Of a DNA stretch of 12,836 nt, positions 6,692 through 12,836 are shown piece by piece (the first letter of the stretch is position 1; each line of letters opens with the position of its first letter). The translations under genes and the position numbers were made by a program. The DNA comes from Candidatus Heimdallarchaeota archaeon. Its GTDB lineage: Archaea > Asgardarchaeota > Heimdallarchaeia > Hodarchaeales > Hodarchaeaceae. Location of the stretch: the NCBI GenBank assembly GCA_019057635.1, contig DXJL01000145.1, positions 1-12,836 of the forward strand. The letters run 5' to 3'. The notes under the pieces are model-generated. The model was not told where the DNA came from and did not search any database. It saw only the letters and a program-made list of their open reading frames with translations.

Positions 6692-7954
6692 ATGAAAGTC
6701 AACCAGAGACTGCTTATTTTCATGCTAATCCTCGGAATTACCTTTGGTGGCTTGTGGATATCGGGCATAAGCAAGCATGATAACTCTTTATTTGTAGATG
6801 ACTACTCAGATGATCTTCCCTACGGTATCCGATTGATTGGTGCTGATAAAGTATGGCATATAACTCAGGGTTCACCTGAAATCGTTGTAGCAGTTCTGGA
6901 TACAGGACTTAATACCTCTCACACTGATTTGCAAAATATTCTGTGGATTAATCAAGGGGAAACCCCCGATAATGGCATTGATGATGATTCGAATGGTTAT
7001 ATTGACGATGTGAATGGGTGGGACTTTGTTCATAAAAATAATGATCCCTTCAGTCTTCTTGAAGCTGGGCCATCTCTACAGAATCATGGTACGCATGTTG
7101 TAGGGACAATTGCCGCACAGATGAATAATTATGGTGTGGTTGGTGTCGCTCCTGATGTCTCAATCATGCCTCTTAGAGTTGTGAATGAAAGTGATCTTAA
7201 TCCTGATATCATCGTTGCTGAAGCTATCAATTATGCTACTGCTAATGGTGCCGATATCATTTCTATGAGTATAAGTATAAGTAGTGAACACGGGGAAATA
7301 ACAAATTCCACTTCTTATCAATTAGTTAAGAATGCGTTGGCACAGGCTTATACAGAGAACATTCTGATTGTTGCTGCAGCTGGAAATGGATATGGAGCTG
7401 AACTAGTTCAACCAGCGAATCATAGTCATGTTATTGCGGTGGGAGCTATTTCATCCGATAAGGTTTTAGCAGATTTTTCCAATCATGGAGCAGAAATTGT
7501 TGCTCCTGGAGTACTTGTGAAATCCACGATCCCATATAATGGATTTAGTACAAGTAGTGGGACATCCATGGCGACCCCTCATGTTTCTGGGGCTCTAGCT
7601 CTCCTCAAAAGTTATAACCAATCGTTAACCAATGATGAACTTCGGAGTATCATTCGGGATACCGCTGAAGATCTCGGCGTTGCTGGTAATGATGGAATTT
7701 ATGGATATGGGCTAATTAATGTAACAAAAGCCATGGAGCGTATTTCGGGAGAAATTATTTCCCCACCCACCACAACCTCTATCTCATCTTCTGAAGAAAC
7801 ATCGACTTTACCACTCTCTTCCACATCGTCTTCAACCGTGGTAGTCTCCTCAACTACTGAAACAACTTCGACTCAATCAACTACGAGTTTTCTTTCTCTA
7901 TATGGAACATTAATGGTAATCTTCATAATTTTAAGGGTATCAAAGAAGAGATAA
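6692..7954 (+). CDS. S8 (subtilisin-like) serine protease with Ser/Thr-rich linker and C-terminal membrane anchor
   Basis: Catalytic motifs VLDTG (D70), HGTHVVG (H132), AAAGNG (N232) and GTSMATPH (S292); NGIDDDxNGYIDD insert; N-terminal hydrophobic signal; C-terminal TM + RVSKKR. Confidence 0.95.
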   Translation: MKVNQRLLIFMLILGITFGGLWISGISKHDNSLFVDDYSDDLPYGIRLIGADKVWHITQGSPEIVVAVLDTGLNTSHTDLQNILWINQGETPDNGIDDDSNGYIDDVNGWDFVHKNNDPFSLLEAGPSLQNHGTHVVGTIAAQMNNYGVVGVAPDVSIMPLRVVNESDLNPDIIVAEAINYATANGADIISMSISISSEHGEITNSTSYQLVKNALAQAYTENILIVAAAGNGYGAELVQPANHSHVIAVGAISSDKVLADFSNHGAEIVAPGVLVKSTIPYNGFSTSSGTSMATPHVSGALALLKSYNQSLTNDELRSIIRDTAEDLGVAGNDGIYGYGLINVTKAMERISGEIISPPTTTSISSSEETSTLPLSSTSSSTVVVSSTTETTSTQSTTSFLSLYGTLMVIFIILRVSKKR

Positions 7955-7981
7955 CCCTGTTTTAATTAGTAGAAATCCGTT

Positions 7982-8953
7982 CTAAATTTGAGAGACATTC
8001 TTAAACGCTATTTTTCCTGGAATTGGTTCCCATAAAGTTAGGGGTATGGAATGGGTCACATCTACGGTTCCATCAGCTTGGGTATGTTCGATTCCTGTGA
8101 AAGCTGACTGAAATTTGGCCAATATACCTTTAGCTACGTAAGTAAACTTTTTTGATATGAAGTAAATGCCAGTAACCGATGGATAATCTTTGTAATTAAG
8201 TTCTTTTGCCTTTTCTATGTATTTGTCTATATCAGGTAAATCTATAACGTGATCTGTACAGAAAATCCATATTTCGTTTCCCTGAGAATCAATAATGCGT
8301 ATATCGCATTTCAATGATTGATCTACAAGTTGAATGCTTCTGATACTTGGAATTGCGGAAGGAGCAAAAACTGCAAAGCGAATCTCAAGCGATTTTGGTA
8401 CATCTTCAAATTTATATAGCGCAGAATATAAATAATCAAGAATCTTAGCATTTTCTTGCCCAAGACGGTCGAGAAGCTCTTTTTTGGATTTTATATTCTT
8501 GAATTTTTGTACATTTTGGATATTTTGATCTTGAGCAACCTCTAATATTAATTTGTGGGTTAAATTTTCAATATCGTTTAATTCACTTACTTTGGAATGA
8601 TGATAAGCCGATAATGTTTTTGTAGAGGATCCTCCTCTTAAGCTAAAGCGGGATTTCTTCTTTTTTTCCTCTTTTCCTCCCACCAAACGGTGGTACATCT
8701 CTTCTGAAGCAGCTTGATTTTCACCTGGAATTCCTTTCATTTGGATGATACTTTTGTCAACCTCCTCTTGGATCACAATTGTATTGTCGAAAGGACAATA
8801 ATATTCTGTTCCTATTCGAGCAAGGCCAATTTCGCACAAATACATACGTTTGCAACTTGGACAGAATAGAACTAAATCGTTGACATCAAGATCTTGTCTT
8901 CGTCCTTTGTCGTGATAACATCGTTCACATTGAGCATCGCAGGAAATTTTCAT
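7982..8953 (-). CDS. Hypothetical protein: N-terminal Cys-rich Zn finger, C-terminal degenerate restriction-endonuclease-like (Mrr-like) fold
   Basis: 323 aa; CERC...CPSC...C...CPFD at the N-terminus; CDIRII...IWIFC...GIYFISKKFTYVAK at the C-terminus. The fold call is tentative. Confidence 0.75.
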   Translation of the reverse strand: MKISCDAQCERCYHDKGRRQDLDVNDLVLFCPSCKRMYLCEIGLARIGTEYYCPFDNTIVIQEEVDKSIIQMKGIPGENQAASEEMYHRLVGGKEEKKKKSRFSLRGGSSTKTLSAYHHSKVSELNDIENLTHKLILEVAQDQNIQNVQKFKNIKSKKELLDRLGQENAKILDYLYSALYKFEDVPKSLEIRFAVFAPSAIPSIRSIQLVDQSLKCDIRIIDSQGNEIWIFCTDHVIDLPDIDKYIEKAKELNYKDYPSVTGIYFISKKFTYVAKGILAKFQSAFTGIEHTQADGTVDVTHSIPLTLWEPIPGKIAFKNVSQI

Positions 8954-9014
8954 ACTTCAATCCCTATTATTTCTACTAATTCACTTCCCTTAGATTCATT
9001 AGTGAATTAAAAAT

Positions 9015-9872
9015 TCATTCATTCCACTGATAAAGGGAATCAATGAAATTCAAGTGTGATAATTCTCCACCCGTCATTATCCCCATTATCCCTTCTCCTC
9101 CGAATATTTTCTCCAATATTTGCTCTATAGATAATCCCTTGCGCTTATAACGTTGGACGTTTTTATGTATTTCATCAATCTCTTCTAATCGTGCTTTCAG
9201 GTATTCTCGTCCCTTAAAAACACCTTTTCCTGAAACAAAGACTTTTAGCTTCTCCATTCCCTCTGTAAATGCATATACTTTGCGTATGGAGTTATAAATA
9301 AGAGAAATGTCTTCCTGAATATTGCATGTATGCCCAAACAGCACTTGATATTTAGGTAATACTGCATCCGCCACGAATGCCCACTCCTGAGCGCGCTCTA
9401 TGAATGCTATTTGATCTGGAGCATGTCCAGGCACAGAAAGCACTGTTAACTCATATTTTCGTGATTCTGATTGAATACGTCTAGGTACCGGATGTGCTTC
9501 AACTGAATGTAGCCCCGCTCCCCAATACAATTCACGATAATCAGCATACACATACTTATTGGCATTTTTAAGCAGTAAACGAGCTTCGGGACTTGAATAG
9601 ACAGGAATTTGAAATTCTTCTGATACGATATGGGCTCCACCAATATGATCTTCATGAGTATGAGTGATGAGACACTTATTTATCGATCCACTTGTGATTG
9701 CGGTTTTAATGAACTTTTGGAAAACCTTTTGTCCTTTAGGTGCGCCTGTATCAATTAATATGTCATCGAGTAGGTAACATGAAGTGAAAAATGGTTTTGG
9801 AATCAATTCATCATCTGCAGCCCAATACCATTCCCGTAAATCTTGATGGTGAATTATTTCCTTAGTTACCAT
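9015..9872 (-). CDS. MBL-fold metallo-hydrolase
   Basis: LIDTG, THTHEDHIGG (HxHxDH), VPGH and FVADA motifs. The start is re-called at ATG 9872 because the track's extension overlaps the SDR remnant. Confidence 0.9.
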   Translation of the reverse strand: MVTKEIIHHQDLREWYWAADDELIPKPFFTSCYLLDDILIDTGAPKGQKVFQKFIKTAITSGSINKCLITHTHEDHIGGAHIVSEEFQIPVYSSPEARLLLKNANKYVYADYRELYWGAGLHSVEAHPVPRRIQSESRKYELTVLSVPGHAPDQIAFIERAQEWAFVADAVLPKYQVLFGHTCNIQEDISLIYNSIRKVYAFTEGMEKLKVFVSGKGVFKGREYLKARLEEIDEIHKNVQRYKRKGLSIEQILEKIFGGEGIMGIMTGGELSHLNFIDSLYQWNE

Positions 9873-9899
9873 TGAATTATCCACAAGTAAGTCTAATTT

Positions 9900-10453
9900 G
9901 ATGGGTATGAAAAAATGTTTGCAGTAAATCATCTAGGACATTTTTTCCTAACAAATTTGTTGCACGATGTTTTGAAACAATCCTCGCCCTCTCCAATAGT
10001 TTATGTGGCTTCAAAAGCCTAGTGTGCATTGAATTTTGATGATTTACAATCAGAAAACACTTTTCTATGATGAAAGTCTACGGACAAAGTAAATTAGCAA
10101 ACATTCTCTTTACTTATGAGCTTGCAAGAAGAATCGAAGACTCAGGAGTAACCGTGAATTGTCTCCATCCCTGAATTGTAAGAACAAATTTAGGTCATGA
10201 GATGCCTTGGATTATGAAAAACGGGATGAAACTTGTGATACTGATGGCCAAATCTCCGAAAAAGGGGGTAGAAACTTCGATCTATCTTGATTCGTCCCCT
10301 GAAGTTAATCACATCTCTGGGAAATACTTTGTGAATAAACAAGTGAAGGAATCAACACCTACCTCCTATGATATGGAAGTAGCTAGACAGCTCTGGGAAG
10401 AAAGTGAATCTCTTATACGAGCAATAATTCCCGAATTCTCTACCTCTCTCTAA
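9900..10453 (+). pseudogene. 5'-truncated short-chain dehydrogenase/reductase (retinol-dehydrogenase-like SDR) pseudogene
   Basis: Reads [21 protein letters not shown]..., TAG at 10020-10022, LNFDDLQSE, a frameshift near 10055-10066, [29 protein letters not shown](10172-10174)-IVRTNLG, GKYF, ARQLWEES. The N-terminal TGxxxGxG half is absent. Confidence 0.9.
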
Positions 10454-10502
10454 TTACCTAGTTTAATATAGGTTGAAATTGTGCTTCAATTAGGAATGAT
10501 AT

Positions 10503-10520
10503 TTTTTTCTCTTTCTTTTT
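10503..10520 (+). terminator. T-rich terminator candidate after the SDR remnant
   Basis: TTTTTTTCTCTTTCTTTT tract. Confidence 0.35.
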
Positions 10521-10586
10521 GGCGTCCTCTTTCGACTCAAAACTGATTGAAAAGATAACATTCCAAGTAATAAGCTAATTTCATCC

Positions 10587-11627
10587 TTGGTGAATACTCT
10601 GGTTGATAGAAATTCGAAATCTCCAAGACAAGCCATTTCTGATGGTATTATTTTCTCAGCGTTTGAGGATCATGGCCCTACCAATTTATATAACTCTTCT
10701 CCGTTAAATGAGGAAGAAGCTTTTGGTATGACAATAAAGACATTAACGGCAATTGGATCTGACTCCCCATTTCAACCAGGTGAAATTCGTTGTTATGGGC
10801 CAATGCCCACACCAAAAGATCCTTACCTCTCTTTAGGGTTTATTTTCTTTTTAAAGGCTAAATCTTCGCAAGACGAACGAATACAAAGACATGGACGAAT
10901 GATCGTACTTTGGGTTATCACTAGTTCAACCGCTACCATAAAATACATTGGTTTAATCAAAAATATGATAAGACGAAGTTTACAACTTTATCATGTTCGT
11001 CTTGATGAGGATCTGAAAAAACGGGATGTATTTTCAAAAATCGATGAAAAAATTCGTTTGATCGAGACTGGTGTGAGTTTATTTTATGTCTCGAAGGTTG
11101 GAAATATCGATCCCATTATTGATCAAGCATTAATTCCCCAAGATGCTACATGTATTCTTTTAGATGATGCAAATAGACAGATTAAAGCGTTGCTTCGTTC
11201 GAAAATGTCACCAGGGAAGAGAAATGAATTACTTCGACAATTAAATGATTTTAAATCCAAAATTCCACAAGGATCAATGTATAAAATTGAAATAGTTGTT
11301 GATAGTATTGCGGTTCAACAATTATCTTCTAAGTATGGATTATCTGGACCCAGAGATGCCGGTCTCCGACTTCAACTTCATCTTGCAGAGAATGTCACAT
11401 TTGAAGAACTTGATGCCTTTTTTGAATTTCATTTCAATCCTAAAAGACATGACTTAATTTCACGAGTTCTCCAAGTAATCCATAATAAAGAAAATTTGAG
11501 TTTATTCGAATTAGCTGTCCAAACTGGACTTTCAGCAGATTTTTTGGAAGAATTCATCCAAAGTGCTATTTCTGCTAATTTAATGAAAAATATTAAGCTT
11601 GAGAACGGATTTTTGATTTGGATATAG
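10587..11627 (+). CDS. Multidomain protein: longin/uDENN-like N-terminus, possible gelsolin-like middle domain, C-terminal winged helix (PCI-like)
   Basis: 346 aa; GIIFSAFEDHGPTNLYNSSP...YGPMP...LGFIF; CILLDDANRQIKALL; LSLFELAVQTGLSADFLEEFIQSAI...IKLENGFL. The ORF is secure; the domain calls are by eye. Confidence 0.7.
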   Translation: MVNTLVDRNSKSPRQAISDGIIFSAFEDHGPTNLYNSSPLNEEEAFGMTIKTLTAIGSDSPFQPGEIRCYGPMPTPKDPYLSLGFIFFLKAKSSQDERIQRHGRMIVLWVITSSTATIKYIGLIKNMIRRSLQLYHVRLDEDLKKRDVFSKIDEKIRLIETGVSLFYVSKVGNIDPIIDQALIPQDATCILLDDANRQIKALLRSKMSPGKRNELLRQLNDFKSKIPQGSMYKIEIVVDSIAVQQLSSKYGLSGPRDAGLRLQLHLAENVTFEELDAFFEFHFNPKRHDLISRVLQVIHNKENLSLFELAVQTGLSADFLEEFIQSAISANLMKNIKLENGFLIWI

Positions 11628-11709
11628 GATTGGTAGAGTGGAAGGTAATGAGGGAATTATTTGGGATGCAGTTTACTTTTACTGATCATCAGTCTCTGGT
11701 AATTATCCT

Positions 11710-12108
11710 TTAAGTTAACGTAGAATCAATAAATTCAAGTAAGGGTTCTAGAAGAGATTGAATTCGGGTTTTAATTTGTATATTAAGCTCTTTTAGCTCT
11801 ACGAGACCTAGAGCTGTAATTTCATACTGCCGTCTTCTTCGGCCTCCAGACGCCTGTATGGAATTAACCAAACCAACTTTCTCCAACTTCCGTAATTCAG
11901 TATAAACTGTACCAGTTTTTACTTTTAATGAAGAATTAATCGCTTCTGGTACGATCTGAAGTATCTCATATCCAGTTATTTGTGGATTTCTCATTATGAG
12001 AGCAAGGAATAAGGCTCGAATAATTGGAAGAGGACGTAGAATCTTCTGTTTCTCTGCAATTTCCTTCGATTGGTCGTTAGGTTTTTTTTCGTAATCCATA
12101 TTTTTCAA
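11710..12108 (-). CDS. PadR-family transcriptional regulator
   Basis: TGYEI...KTGTVYTELRKLEKVGLV...RRRRQYEITALG is the PadR signature. GAGGGA lies upstream of the TTG. Confidence 0.9.
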   Translation of the reverse strand: MKNMDYEKKPNDQSKEIAEKQKILRPLPIIRALFLALIMRNPQITGYEILQIVPEAINSSLKVKTGTVYTELRKLEKVGLVNSIQASGGRRRRQYEITALGLVELKELNIQIKTRIQSLLEPLLEFIDSTLT

Positions 12109-12133
12109 ATGGATCCCTCTTTGACTGCATTAG

Positions 12134-12163
12134 AAAAAAGAGGAGAAGTTGAAAAGTTCTCCT
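12134..12163 (-). terminator. Hairpin + U-tract between the CopD-like gene and PadR
   Basis: The minus strand reads AGGAGAA-CTTTTCAAC-TTCTCCT-CTTTTTT. Confidence 0.5.
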
Positions 12164-12641
12164 AAAGGGAAACAGTGACACCAGCTAAGATAGCACTAAG
12201 AAACAGTACAAGAGTCCCTAGTGCAATGTTCAGAAAAAGTAAGATCACAGACCATTTTTCCTGTTTTTTAGGTTTCAGGTTTAGCATTTTGAGTACTTGA
12301 CTTCTCGTGAGGGTAACAATGAACATTGAAGCATAGAGCACATGTTTGACGGTTGTTAGTGTTGAATATTCATTACCTAGACTGATGAGCCCTAAATATA
12401 AACCTGATTGTCTTGCAAGCAGTAATCCAGTCAGAAATAGTAAAGCTATGCTAATATAAACCAATATACTCAAACGGTGTTGAACAGTTTTCATAAATCG
12501 CTTGGTTTCTGGACCTTTATGTAGGACTTTTTTTGTTGAAGGTAAAACAACAAATCCCATCGCAAATAATCCCCCTACCCAGATAATTGTTGCAATATCA
12601 TGCAGGAATTTTACAATTACGTAAACGAAATTAATCTCCAA
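12162..12641 (-). CDS. CopD/DUF4149-like four-helix membrane protein
   Basis: LHDIATIIWVGGLFAMGFVVLP, LFLTGLLL and LTTVKH motifs; 4 TM; GGTGA SD upstream of the TTG. Confidence 0.8.
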   Translation of the reverse strand: MEINFVYVIVKFLHDIATIIWVGGLFAMGFVVLPSTKKVLHKGPETKRFMKTVQHRLSILVYISIALLFLTGLLLARQSGLYLGLISLGNEYSTLTTVKHVLYASMFIVTLTRSQVLKMLNLKPKKQEKWSVILLFLNIALGTLVLFLSAILAGVTVSL

Positions 12642-12694
12642 TTATATTCACCAGATTTTGCTTAATATGTCGCATTTATACATGTAGCTCAATG

Positions 12695-12709
12695 ATATAT
12701 ATATTTATA
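12695..12709 (-). promoter_or_regulatory. AT-alternating TATA region upstream of the CopD-like gene
   Basis: The minus strand reads TATAAATATATATAT, ~55-65 nt upstream of the start codon. Confidence 0.4.
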
Positions 12710-12836
12710 CAATGAGACAAAATGACTCTGTGAGAGTAAAATCATCGTAAATTATCTCTCTAGTTTTAATTTAAGTTTTGTTAGGTGAATTTTGAATTGA
12801 ACAGTAGGAAATATTTAGGGGTCCTTCTCTCTACGA

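Noticed and set aside
4615-7954. RiPP-like cluster (small peptide + methyltransferase + S8 protease)
   Set aside because: The genes lie in different orientations, there is no RiPP-class maturase or leader motif, and the protease looks like a surface-anchored enzyme.
9446-9655. 69-aa ORF inside the MBL gene
   Set aside because: It is an alternative-frame shadow.
9900-10453. Stop-codon recoding (TGA as Gly/Sec, TAG as Pyl) suggested by in-frame stops in the SDR and at 2920
   Set aside because: The SDR also has a frameshift and a 5' truncation, and intact genes here end in TAG (3101, 4874, 7982, 11627, 12162) and TGA (2911, 9015).

Overview
AT-rich prokaryotic chromosomal window that most resembles Asgard archaea (Heimdallarchaeia/Hodarchaeales-like). 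This is an inference from a small-GTPase-like C-terminus at the left edge, a longin/uDENN-like multidomain protein, tandem Ig-like surface repeats and a Ser/Thr-linker + TM + basic-tail sorting signal. In order, it holds the 3' end of a probable small GTPase; an 871-aa surface-repeat/multi-TM protein; a winged-helix regulator divergent from a small membrane ORF; a ~550-nt stretch (4298-4841) unusually rich in stem-loops, including a 60-aa ORF with a perfect Shine-Dalgarno; a minus-strand operon (zinc-ribbon/Cys-rich TM protein, DUF2085-like protein, SAM methyltransferase); a membrane-anchored S8 protease; a Zn-finger + degenerate restriction-endonuclease-fold protein; an MBL-fold hydrolase; a 5'-truncated SDR pseudogene; a longin/gelsolin-like/winged-helix protein; and a CopD-like membrane gene with PadR. 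No rRNA, tRNA, CRISPR array or transposase was seen. All family calls and RNA structures come from motif recognition and base-pairing by eye; no searches or folding were run.
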